A stretch of DNA of 64,000 nt from a virus: positions 1 to 64,000 of the IMG/VR virus record IMGVR_UViG_3300033067_000713; one strand, written 5' to 3'. Of this stretch, positions 17,224-26,071 are shown one piece after another. Below the pieces are notes generated by a model. It saw only the letters and a list, made by a program, of their open reading frames with translations. It did no database searches and was not told the origin of the DNA. Numbering within the stretch: the stretch's first letter is position 1; the number at the start of each line of letters is the position of its first letter. Both the position numbers and the translations under genes were made by a program.

Positions 17224-17949
17224 ATGAATGAACCAGAAATAAATATAAATAATAAACATGCTAGGTTTCAAGATGCTCAATGGTATGATGGTAAACCACT
17301 TGATATAATTGTAGGTGGAGCAGGTGGTATTGGATCATGGGCTAGTATGTTTCTTAGCAGAATAGGTCATACTTTATATATATTTGATAATGATATGATT
17401 GATGAAACCAATATGGCTGGTCAATTATATAGAGTTAATCAAATAGGTGTAAATAAAGCTGAAGCTACTAAACAAAATATAGAATTATTTACAGATAATA
17501 AAAATACTGAAGTATTTGGATTATACGATGATAATTCTCCTACTTCACCAATAGTATTTTCATGTTTTGATAATATGAAAGCTAGAAAACTTATGTTTCA
17601 AAAGTGGAAAGCTCAAGAAAATAGAGATGTTTTTATTGATGGTAGAATGCTTGCAGAAATAGGTATGGTATTTTGTGTTACTAAAGGTAAAGAAGCTGAG
17701 TATGAAGCAGAATTATTTGATGATTCTGAAGTAAGAGAAGCACCATGTTCTTTTAAAGCTACATCTCATTGTGGAGCATTAATAGGATCATTAATGGTAT
17801 CAGGATTGAATAATTTCATAGTAAATAAAAAATTAGGTGATGATTTTAGAGAATTGCCTTTTAAATTTACTTTTGAATTACCATTATTTAACTTTGAAAT
17901 ACCTATAATTAAATTAGAAGAACAATTAAAAATAAAAGAAAATGTTTAA
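17224..17949 (+). CDS. E1-like ubiquitin-activating enzyme (ThiF/MoeB family), minimal 241 aa
   Basis: Rossmann motif IVGGAGGIGS followed by IFDNDMIDETNMAGQLY, matching the ThiF/E1 pattern GxGGxGS...DxDxV[DE]xSNLxRQ. It starts 2 nt after the JAB gene stop. Confidence 0.75.
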   Translation: MNEPEININNKHARFQDAQWYDGKPLDIIVGGAGGIGSWASMFLSRIGHTLYIFDNDMIDETNMAGQLYRVNQIGVNKAEATKQNIELFTDNKNTEVFGLYDDNSPTSPIVFSCFDNMKARKLMFQKWKAQENRDVFIDGRMLAEIGMVFCVTKGKEAEYEAELFDDSEVREAPCSFKATSHCGALIGSLMVSGLNNFIVNKKLGDDFRELPFKFTFELPLFNFEIPIIKLEEQLKIKENV

Positions 17950-18784
17950 TTTTAATATAAGTAATAGATATAGTAAACATCCTGATTTTCAATTAAATAA
18001 TGATTATATTATAAAATTAAAAGAAAATACAGAATATGTTCCTTTATTTTTTATTAATAAAAATAGTTTTCATCAGAGTACCACACTTGCTTTTAAAGAG
18101 TTAGATAAAATTAATAGATATATTGATCCTATGACTTATATTCCAAATAAAATATATCAAAATAGAATTAATTATTTAATTAATACTAATAATGGTGGAT
18201 TAAATACTAGTAATCAAATATTAATTGATTCTAAAAATTATATTAAAAATTATTTAAAATATAATATACCAGAATTTAACAATCATATTGTTAATAATAT
18301 TATTACTTATGAAAATTTATTTGATATTTGTATTAATACTTCTGTTTTAAATAAAACTAATTTAAGAAGTAATACTTTTATAAATCATTTTGGATTTTTA
18401 GCTTTAAATACTAATACTTTTAAACCATTGTTTCAAGCAATGATTAAAAAAGAACATTTAAAGTATTTTAAATTATGTTATCTTACAAATACTCAACCTG
18501 ATTATTCTTTAGTAGAATTTTGGATAGATAATGAATTTTTAAATAATGATGATTACAAGAGTATTAAAATGGCTTTTAATAAAACATTAAAACCTAAATT
18601 AGATTCTAGAATTAAAATTGTTAAAGTTAATAATCTATTAGATTATAGTTTTGATTATATTAAAACACCTGTTTTTGCTACAATTAGTGATAAAAAACAA
18701 TTTGAAAATAGTGTTTTAAATGATTTTGTTCAGGATACTATATTAGAAAATCAATTAAATAGTAGAGTTTTAATAGAAGCTTAA
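17942..18784 (+). CDS. hypothetical protein (last gene of the tightly coupled JAB-E1 cluster)
   Basis: ORF of 280 aa that overlaps the E1 gene stop by 8 nt. It is rich in Asn and Ile and has no recognisable motifs. Confidence 0.5.
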   Translation: MFNFNISNRYSKHPDFQLNNDYIIKLKENTEYVPLFFINKNSFHQSTTLAFKELDKINRYIDPMTYIPNKIYQNRINYLINTNNGGLNTSNQILIDSKNYIKNYLKYNIPEFNNHIVNNIITYENLFDICINTSVLNKTNLRSNTFINHFGFLALNTNTFKPLFQAMIKKEHLKYFKLCYLTNTQPDYSLVEFWIDNEFLNNDDYKSIKMAFNKTLKPKLDSRIKIVKVNNLLDYSFDYIKTPVFATISDKKQFENSVLNDFVQDTILENQLNSRVLIEA

Positions 18785-19503
18785 TGAAGAATGAAAAACT
18801 TGCTTTAATAGATGCAGATTCTATATGTTATTTTTGTTCAAAAGATACATTAGAGGAAAGCAAAGAATTAGTAGATGAATTAATTAAGACTATATTATTT
18901 AAAGTAAATGTGAAAAAATGTGTTCTTTTTATATCTGAGGGTAAGTACTTTAGACATAGTATTTATCCTCAGTATAAAGAGAAAAGAAAACCAAGTACAA
19001 CTTTATTATTTTTAAGAGAATTAAAGTTATATTTAAAAGAAAGATACAAAGCATATTCTTTTAGTGGAGTAGAAGCAGATGATTTAGTATCTTATTATAA
19101 GCATAAAATGCCTAATAGTATTATTTGTTCAGCAGATAAAGATGTATTTTTACAGATTGCTGGTACTCATTATAATTATAAAAAACATGAATTTATAACT
19201 ACTAATGAAGAAGATGCTAAACATTTTCTTTGGTTTCAATGTATTATGGGCGATAGTACAGATAATATTAAAGGAATACCTGGAATAGGTGAAGCAAAAG
19301 CTGGAAAATATTTATTAGGTTCTACAAGTGCTGATTATCAATTAAGAACTTATAATGCATATCTTGAGTATTATAAAAATGCTCATTTAGCAATGCATTA
19401 TATGCAACTTAATTTTAAACTAGTATATTTACTTAAATATGAAGAAGATTTTAAATTATATTTTGAAGATCTTCCAAGTATAAAAGAAATATGCAGTTTA
19501 TAA
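18784..19503 (+). CDS. 5'-3' exonuclease / flap endonuclease (RNase H-like, FEN family)
   Basis: N-terminal LALIDADSICY (FEN-N-like), SADKD...LQI (the T/SxDKDxxQL motif) and the H3TH motif GIPGIGEAKAGKYLL. Confidence 0.75.
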   Translation: MKNEKLALIDADSICYFCSKDTLEESKELVDELIKTILFKVNVKKCVLFISEGKYFRHSIYPQYKEKRKPSTTLLFLRELKLYLKERYKAYSFSGVEADDLVSYYKHKMPNSIICSADKDVFLQIAGTHYNYKKHEFITTNEEDAKHFLWFQCIMGDSTDNIKGIPGIGEAKAGKYLLGSTSADYQLRTYNAYLEYYKNAHLAMHYMQLNFKLVYLLKYEEDFKLYFEDLPSIKEICSL

Positions 19504-19512
19504 ATTTGAATT

Positions 19513-20343
19513 ATGACAAATGAAATTATATCATTAAGTAATGGAAGTTCTGTTACTTTACAGGTGGAGAATGCTAGGATGATAGTAATCAATCCTATGC
19601 TAAATAGTGTGGAAAGAAGAAATGATGATAATAATATATGTGAATTAAATTATATTGATGAATTAAAATTTTCAATAGAAAAAGAATTACAGATAAAAAA
19701 ACAAATTTATAAACCTTTAGTTATTAGAAAAATAGACAATTCTAATGTTAAAAGTGGTTATTATTTATTTACTCATGAAATAAATAAATCAACTAATTTT
19801 ATTATGCCTTTATTAGCTCCTACAAGTGAAACTACAAGAGAACATTATAAGTGGAAAGACTTTTGTAATTGTTTTATAGGATCAGAGTATGATGCAGATT
19901 GGGCTGAATATATCTATTTATTATATAGATTTAATGTTAGTAAAGAATTTTTTAATTTAGAAGAATACTTTAAAAAAAGAGATGATTTTAATGAAAAAAT
20001 TATAGTAGATGATTTTCATGTACTATATAAATTTAACGTAAGTAAACATATTAAAGAAGATTATGATTTAATTATTAAAGGTAAATACTCTAAAATATCT
20101 GATATTAGTAAAGAAAAAATATTAAGATTTCATTTTTTACCAAATGATTCTCCTACATATAAAATTCTTCATAAGTGTGATACTAGAAGAAAAGAAATAA
20201 TAGATAGATTAGAAGTTATATTACCTGAAGGAATTGAATTATATGATAAATTTAAAGTAGATAATGAAATTTATTTAGAAAATTATAAAATTAAAACTAA
20301 GATAACAAATGGATTTAGAACAGAAAACTCAGACTATTGCTAA
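19513..20343 (+). CDS. hypothetical protein
   Basis: ORF of 276 aa. Confidence 0.5.
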   Translation: MTNEIISLSNGSSVTLQVENARMIVINPMLNSVERRNDDNNICELNYIDELKFSIEKELQIKKQIYKPLVIRKIDNSNVKSGYYLFTHEINKSTNFIMPLLAPTSETTREHYKWKDFCNCFIGSEYDADWAEYIYLLYRFNVSKEFFNLEEYFKKRDDFNEKIIVDDFHVLYKFNVSKHIKEDYDLIIKGKYSKISDISKEKILRFHFLPNDSPTYKILHKCDTRRKEIIDRLEVILPEGIELYDKFKVDNEIYLENYKIKTKITNGFRTENSDYC

Positions 20344-20512
20344 AGAAAAAGTAGCAGTAATACAATATATAAGTGGTAAATATTCTGTAGGTAGTACTAA
20401 AATGGGTATAATGGAATTTTGGAATGAAAAAGAATTATTTTCTTTTTTAAAAAGACATGATTTTATTTTTACTATTAGAGAAGCTACTAAAGAAGAAGAA
20501 AATATAGAATAA
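20309..20512 (+). CDS. hypothetical small protein
   Basis: ORF of 67 aa that overlaps the upstream gene. Confidence 0.4.
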   Translation: MDLEQKTQTIAKEKVAVIQYISGKYSVGSTKMGIMEFWNEKELFSFLKRHDFIFTIREATKEEENIE

Positions 20513-20513
20513 T

Positions 20514-20936
20514 ATGATAGTATTAAATAGATATATAAGTAAAATACAAATAGATTCTAATAGAATTACTCTAGATAATTCTTCTATGCAAAAAGATGAA
20601 ATTATGAATATTCTTAAAAATACTAATTTAGAAGAAGTCACTAATGAATTAGTAAAATTAAGTAATCAGAAATTTTATGATAATGATAGAAATGAAGAAA
20701 TTGTAGATATAAGTAATGTTAAAGAATATTTTATTAATAAAAGAATACCTACATTAATTGTAAGTATAGATGTTAGATATGATAATCAAGATGTTGATAG
20801 AAAAATTGATGTTTGGGATGATATTAATGGTCTATATACTGATGTTATTAATAAAATAAAAGAAAAGAATCAAACACTTTTAAAAATAAAAAATAAAAAA
20901 ATATTAAATGCAGAACAAGAACAATATATGGTTTAG
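20514..20936 (+). CDS. hypothetical protein
   Basis: ORF of 140 aa. Confidence 0.5.
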   Translation: MIVLNRYISKIQIDSNRITLDNSSMQKDEIMNILKNTNLEEVTNELVKLSNQKFYDNDRNEEIVDISNVKEYFINKRIPTLIVSIDVRYDNQDVDRKIDVWDDINGLYTDVINKIKEKNQTLLKIKNKKILNAEQEQYMV

Positions 20937-20951
20937 TTCAGATTTATTTTG

Positions 20952-20959
20952 TATCTTTG
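20952..20959 (+). promoter_or_regulatory. Bacteroidota-type -7-like element TATCTTTG upstream of the LAGLIDADG endonuclease gene
   Basis: Identical TATCTTTGT word 5 nt upstream of the ATG at 20964, preceded by ATTTTGT as in the other endonuclease promoter. Confidence 0.35.
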
Positions 20960-20963
20960 TTAA

Positions 20964-21170
20964 ATGAAAAAATGTAACTTAGAAAAATTATTAGAAAATT
21001 CATTAGAATCTTTTTATTAGATTGGTTTTATTTTAGCAGATGCTCATATAGATAATTCTAGAAGATTAGTTGTTAAATTAGCTAAAAAAGATAAAGATCA
21101 CTTAATAAAATTACAAAAATTTCTCAATATTGAAAATTTAAAAGAAGATAGACAAGTAGGTATATCTGCT
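20964..21170 (+). pseudogene. N-terminal part of a LAGLIDADG homing endonuclease, interrupted by an in-frame TAG at 21018-21020
   Basis: An ATG at 20964 is preceded by a TATCTTTG motif. The translation MKKCNLEKLLENSLESFY*IGFILADAHID... carries a degenerate first LAGLIDADG-like motif and is in frame with the downstream ORF at 21171. Confidence 0.4.
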
Positions 21171-21716
21171 ATGGATTCTAAAATATTAATACAATTTTGT
21201 AAAAAATTTGATATAAAATCTAATAAAACAGAATATCCACCAAATATAAAAATATTTAAAAATTTTGATAATAATTTATTAAAAGCTTTAATGGTAGGTT
21301 TTATAGATGGTGATGGACATATTTCTACTTTACATAATAGAAAAGATTTTAAAATATCTATAAAATGTCATAAAAGTTGGTTAGATTTTCTTAATTTATT
21401 ATCTAAATGTTTTAATACTGATAATACTGCTTATATTACTAATCAAGGATATTCTTTTATCTCTATAGGTAACTCTATTAAATGTAAAGAAATTAAAAGA
21501 TTTGTTTTAGATAATAATCTTCCAGTATTATTAAGAAAATGGAATTTTATAGATTTAAATTTTAAAGGAAGAAATGAAATTGCTATAGAAAAAGAAATTT
21601 TAGTAAGACAATTATATGAAAATAATTTTTCTCAAAAAGAAATATGTTCAAAAGTAAATTTAACAAAAGGTAGAATTAGTATAATGATAAAAAAATTAAA
21701 TAATGAAACAAAATAA
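21171..21716 (+). CDS. LAGLIDADG homing endonuclease (second motif intact)
   Basis: Motif LKALMVGFIDGDGHIS near the N-terminus of the 181-aa ORF. Confidence 0.7.
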   Translation: MDSKILIQFCKKFDIKSNKTEYPPNIKIFKNFDNNLLKALMVGFIDGDGHISTLHNRKDFKISIKCHKSWLDFLNLLSKCFNTDNTAYITNQGYSFISIGNSIKCKEIKRFVLDNNLPVLLRKWNFIDLNFKGRNEIAIEKEILVRQLYENNFSQKEICSKVNLTKGRISIMIKKLNNETK

Positions 21717-21743
21717 TAATAGTCCGAGGAATAGCCATAATAT

Positions 21744-22370
21744 ATGGTTTACCTCGGACACTTAACTCATTATAATCATAAAAATTTAGTATCAGGAGTT
21801 TCTAATTGGATTAGTAAAAATAGATGTAGAAAATTTGATACTTTAGAAGAACATAATGATAAACTAGTAAAAAATATAAATTCTTGTGTTGCTCCTAATG
21901 ATATATTATATTTTCTTGGAGATTGGTCTTTTGGTGGTTCTAAAGAAATTATGGAATTTAGAAGAAGATTAGTCTGTAAGAATATACATTTAATATTAGG
22001 TAATCATGATGAAACTATAATGTCAAAACAAAGAGAATTAATTGGTCAAGATAAATTTATTTCTATATCTCAGATAAAGAAAATAAAGATTGATGATCAA
22101 TTAATTATTCTTTGTCATTTTCCAATGAGAACTTGGGAAAAAGCTAATAAAGGTTCTTGGATGCTTCATGGGCATTGTCATGGAACTTTAGAAAAACATT
22201 ATAATTTTAAACAATTATTTAGTAAAATTTTTATTAGGTCTGAAATAGGAAAAACAATGGATGTAGGAATAGATACTCATCCGCAATTTAAGCCTTATAG
22301 TTATGAGGCTATTAAACAAATAATGGATAAAAGAGATATATTTAAAAATATAGATCATCATAATGATTAA
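21744..22370 (+). CDS. calcineurin-like metallophosphoesterase
   Basis: FLGDWSFGG (GDxxDRG-like) and LILGNHDE (GNHD/E) motifs. The start codon lies in the loop of a GC-rich hairpin. Confidence 0.65.
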   Translation: MVYLGHLTHYNHKNLVSGVSNWISKNRCRKFDTLEEHNDKLVKNINSCVAPNDILYFLGDWSFGGSKEIMEFRRRLVCKNIHLILGNHDETIMSKQRELIGQDKFISISQIKKIKIDDQLIILCHFPMRTWEKANKGSWMLHGHCHGTLEKHYNFKQLFSKIFIRSEIGKTMDVGIDTHPQFKPYSYEAIKQIMDKRDIFKNIDHHND

Positions 22371-22818
22371 TATGCAAGTAAAAATTAAAAAACTTAGAAA
22401 TAATGCTATAATTCCAAAATATGCTAAATCAGGTGATGCTGGTTTAGATTTAACAGCAACTGAAATAACATTTACAGCAGAACATATTGGAGATGATGTA
22501 TTTGTACAAATAGCTACAGTTAAATTTGGATTAGCTTTAGAAATACCAAAAGGTTATGTTGGATTAGTATTTCCAAGAAGTAGTATTTATAATAAAGGTT
22601 GTTTATTGACCAACGCAGTTGGAGTGATAGATAGTGGCTACCGAGGAGAAATTTCAGCTAAATTTGAAATATTATCTATAGCTTCTTTTGGATATAAAGT
22701 TGGAGATAAATGTGCACAATTAATCATTATGCCTTATCCTGAAATAGAATTAATTATAGCTGAAGAGTTATCAGATTCTGATAGAGGTGTAAGCGGATAT
22801 GGTTCTACAGGTAACTAA
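22363..22818 (+). CDS. dut: dUTP diphosphatase (dUTPase)
   Basis: All five dUTPase motifs are present: DAGLDL, PRSS, GVIDSGYRGE, GDKCAQLI and RGVSGYGSTG. Confidence 0.85.
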   Translation: MINMQVKIKKLRNNAIIPKYAKSGDAGLDLTATEITFTAEHIGDDVFVQIATVKFGLALEIPKGYVGLVFPRSSIYNKGCLLTNAVGVIDSGYRGEISAKFEILSIASFGYKVGDKCAQLIIMPYPEIELIIAEELSDSDRGVSGYGSTGN

Positions 22819-22929
22819 TAATATTACCTATTTAATGATTTAAATATCAATATTATATAATATAAACTAACAATGTGAAGTTGAATAAGGGATTATTTAA
22901 GTATCTTTATAGTCCTAAAAAGAAAAAAT

Positions 22930-24846
22930 ATGAGTGAAAGCGAACAAAAAAATGTTAGTACTCCTTGGGGAGAAATAGGTTATATTACTTTCAAAAGAAC
23001 TTATGCAAGAAGATTAGATGAAAATGATGTTAATTCTCCTACAGAAGAATTTAATCAAGTTATAGAAAGAGAAATAAAAGCTTGTAAAGAACAATTAAAT
23101 GTAGGTTTTACAGAAGAAGAAGAAGATTATTATTTTAAAACTAGAATGCAATTAAAGTGGTCTGTTGCAGGTAGATTTATGTGGCAATTAGGAACAAAAA
23201 CAGTTGATAAATTAGGATTACCTAGTTTACAAAATTGTGCTGGAACTGTTGTAGATGAACCTATTAGACCATTTACATGGACATTTGAAACTTTAATGTT
23301 AGGTGTTGGAGTAGGTTTTAATATTCAAAGAGAAAATGTAGATAAATTACCTGTTTTAAAAAATAAAATAGAGATAAAAAGATCTGAAGGTAATGATGTA
23401 GATTTTATAGTTCCTGATAATAGAGAAGGATGGGTTAAATTACTTGGAAAAGTACTTAAAGCTCATTTTTACTCTGGTAAAGGATTTACTTATGCTACAC
23501 ATTGTATTAGAGATAAAGGTTCTTTAATTAAAGGATTTGGTGGTGTAGCAAGTGGTTCTGAAGAATTAGTTAGAGGTATTCAATTAATTCATGATATATT
23601 AAATATTAGAGCAGGTCAAAAATTAAGACCTATAGATTGTTTAGATATAATGAATATTATAGGTATGGTAGTAGTATCTGGAAATGTTCGTAGATCTGCA
23701 CAACTAGCTGTTGGTGATTATGATGATATTGAATATTTACAAGCTAAAAGTTGGAATTTAGGTAATATACCTAATTGGAGAGCTATGAGTAATAATTCTG
23801 TTGCTTGTGATGATACTTCTAAATTACCTAAAGAATTTTGGGATACTTATGAAGAAGGTGAACCTTATGGATTAATTAATTTAAAATTATCCAGATTATG
23901 TGGTAGATTAGGAGAAACACAATATCCTGATACAAATATAATAGTATTTAATCCTTGTGCAGAACAATCTTTAGAAGATAAAGAAACATGTTGTTTAGGT
24001 GAAATTTACTTACCTAATATAACACATGAAGAAGAATTATTAAAAGTTCTTATAATGTGTTATAGAGTATGTAAACATAGTTTAAGATTACCTTGTAGTT
24101 TAGAAGATACTGAAAAAATTGTTCATAAAAACATGAGAATGGGTATTGGTATGACTGGTATTTTACAAGCTAATGATATACAAAGAAGTTGGTTAAAGAA
24201 AGCTTATGAATATTTAAGAAAATATGATGAATATTATTCTAAATTACATAATTTTCCAATTTCTATTAAACTAACAACTTGTAAACCAAGTGGAACATTA
24301 AGTTTATTACCTGGAGTAACACCTGGAATACATCCTAATCCTGCTGGTCCATATTATATTAGAAGAATAAGAATGGCTTCTAATTCTAATTTATTAGATT
24401 TATGTAAAAAACATGGTTATAATATAGAGTATCAAATTAACTTTGATGGTAGTGAAGATAAAACTACTAAAATCGTATCTTTTCCATGTAAATTACCTGA
24501 AACTACTCCTGTAGCAGCTAATTATAGTTGGAAAGAACAATTAGAAATGGTTAAATGGACACAAACTAATTGGTCTGATAATTCTGTTAGTTGTACTGTT
24601 TATTATAAAAAAGAAGATTTAGAAGATATTAAAGAATATTTAAAAAATAATTATTCTGATAATTTTAAAACTTTATCTTTTTTATTATATCATGGTCATG
24701 GATTTAAACAAGCTCCTTATGAAACTATAAGTAAAGAGCAATATGAAGAAATGATAAAAAATACTATTCCTATTACTTCTGTTGAAGTAAAAGAATCTGA
24801 TTATGATTTACAAGATTGTGATAATGGTGCTTGTCCTATAAAATAA
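22930..24846 (+). CDS. ribonucleotide reductase, class II (adenosylcobalamin-dependent)-like large protein
   Basis: Active-site-like segment FNPCAEQSL...ETCCLGEIYL resembles the NPCGEQ...SCNLGSINL region of monomeric class II RNRs. Length 638 aa. It lies next to dUTPase. Confidence 0.5.
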   Translation: MSESEQKNVSTPWGEIGYITFKRTYARRLDENDVNSPTEEFNQVIEREIKACKEQLNVGFTEEEEDYYFKTRMQLKWSVAGRFMWQLGTKTVDKLGLPSLQNCAGTVVDEPIRPFTWTFETLMLGVGVGFNIQRENVDKLPVLKNKIEIKRSEGNDVDFIVPDNREGWVKLLGKVLKAHFYSGKGFTYATHCIRDKGSLIKGFGGVASGSEELVRGIQLIHDILNIRAGQKLRPIDCLDIMNIIGMVVVSGNVRRSAQLAVGDYDDIEYLQAKSWNLGNIPNWRAMSNNSVACDDTSKLPKEFWDTYEEGEPYGLINLKLSRLCGRLGETQYPDTNIIVFNPCAEQSLEDKETCCLGEIYLPNITHEEELLKVLIMCYRVCKHSLRLPCSLEDTEKIVHKNMRMGIGMTGILQANDIQRSWLKKAYEYLRKYDEYYSKLHNFPISIKLTTCKPSGTLSLLPGVTPGIHPNPAGPYYIRRIRMASNSNLLDLCKKHGYNIEYQINFDGSEDKTTKIVSFPCKLPETTPVAANYSWKEQLEMVKWTQTNWSDNSVSCTVYYKKEDLEDIKEYLKNNYSDNFKTLSFLLYHGHGFKQAPYETISKEQYEEMIKNTIPITSVEVKESDYDLQDCDNGACPIK

Positions 24847-24904
24847 ATTTTTATTATTTAAAAATAATGATTATCTTAGCAGTATAATTGAAAAAACTGC
24901 TAAG

Positions 24905-25417
24905 ATGTTATTAAAAGAAAATGCTAAAGAAAAAATAAAATGCTATTTTGGACAAAATAATAAAAGTTATTATAAATATATTTTTGAATGTTCTGAATGT
25001 GGATGTGATATAAAAGCACAAACTCATTCATTAAAAACACATTCTGGTAAATGTATGAGTTGTACTCAAAAAGGTATTCCTTATAAACATATTTATAATG
25101 AATTAGTAAAAAATATTAGAAATTTAAATTTTGATTTATCATTTGAAGAATTTTTAAAATTTACAAATATTAAAAATTGTTATTATTGCAACGATACTAT
25201 AATTTTTAATAAACATTCTAAAGATAAAGGAAAATCTTTAAGTAGAGCTTATCAATTAGATAGAAAAGATAATAATAAAGGATATATTTTTGATAATTTA
25301 GTTGTATGTTGTTGGGAATGTAATAGATTAAAATCAAATAAATTTACATTTGAAGAATTTAATTTATTAAGTCCTATATTAAAACAAATATTAAAAAATA
25401 GAAATATAAAAAAATAA
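24905..25417 (+). CDS. HNH endonuclease (free-standing, homing-type)
   Basis: Cys-rich N-terminal part (CSECGCD, CMSCTQ) and an HNH core LDRKDNNKGYIFDNLVVCCWECNRLKSN. Confidence 0.75.
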   Translation: MLLKENAKEKIKCYFGQNNKSYYKYIFECSECGCDIKAQTHSLKTHSGKCMSCTQKGIPYKHIYNELVKNIRNLNFDLSFEEFLKFTNIKNCYYCNDTIIFNKHSKDKGKSLSRAYQLDRKDNNKGYIFDNLVVCCWECNRLKSNKFTFEEFNLLSPILKQILKNRNIKK

Positions 25418-25419
25418 AT

Positions 25420-25719
25420 ATGAATTTAACAAATGAATTTCAATCTATTAGAGATTGGGCAAAAGAAAAAGGAATTATTGATAAAGGTGATCAAAAAACA
25501 CAATTTGTTAAACTTCAAGAAGAAACTGGAGAATTAGCAAGGTCAATATTAAAAAATGATGATGAAGAATTTATTGATGCTATTGGTGATTGTGTTGTAG
25601 TTTTAACTAATTTAGCAGCAATAAGAGGTTATACTATTGAAGAATGCATAAATTCTGCTTATAATGTAATTGCTAAAAGAACAGGTAAAATGGTAGATGG
25701 AACATTCATCAAAGATTAA
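25420..25719 (+). CDS. MazG-like nucleotide pyrophosphohydrolase (candidate dCTPase or house-cleaning NTP-PPase)
   Basis: All-alpha NTP-PPase pattern FVKLQEETGELARSI...DAIGDCVVVLTNLAAIRGYTIEE...IAKRTGK. Confidence 0.7.
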   Translation: MNLTNEFQSIRDWAKEKGIIDKGDQKTQFVKLQEETGELARSILKNDDEEFIDAIGDCVVVLTNLAAIRGYTIEECINSAYNVIAKRTGKMVDGTFIKD

Positions 25720-26071
25720 AGATTATAATCCTAATTATTATGGTTCTCCATTAAACTATTTTGTAAAAGAACATTGTAGAAAAGATATGGTAGTAAATAA
25801 TATAGATTTAATTATTCATGATTATAAAAATAAAATTATAACAATAATTGAAAGTAAACATGAAAATGAATCTATTAGAACAGGACAACAACTTTTATTA
25901 ATAAAATTAAGAACATTAATACCTAAAGAAATTAGTAGGTATAAATTTCAAATTTTAATAGTAAAAGGTAATTATCCTTATAAATCTGCTGATCTATTAA
26001 ATGTAAATGGAAAAGTAATAAAAAGATTAACTACTGAACAATTAATTAAATTCTTAAATAATGACATTTAA
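25697..26071 (+). CDS. hypothetical protein
   Basis: ORF of 124 aa. Confidence 0.45.
   Translation: MEHSSKIKDYNPNYYGSPLNYFVKEHCRKDMVVNNIDLIIHDYKNKIITIIESKHENESIRTGQQLLLIKLRTLIPKEISRYKFQILIVKGNYPYKSADLLNVNGKVIKRLTTEQLIKFLNNDI

Noticed and set aside
20964-21716. TAG stop-codon reassignment (an alternative genetic code, as in some crAss-like or Lak phages) suggested by the in-frame amber codon in the LAGLIDADG gene.
   Set aside because: Several well-supported genes in the same module terminate at TAG at sensible positions, for example helicase exon 2 ending at 8988-8990 and the ORF ending at 1101-1103. No suppressor tRNA with a CTA anticodon was found. Decay of the endonuclease gene is the simpler explanation.
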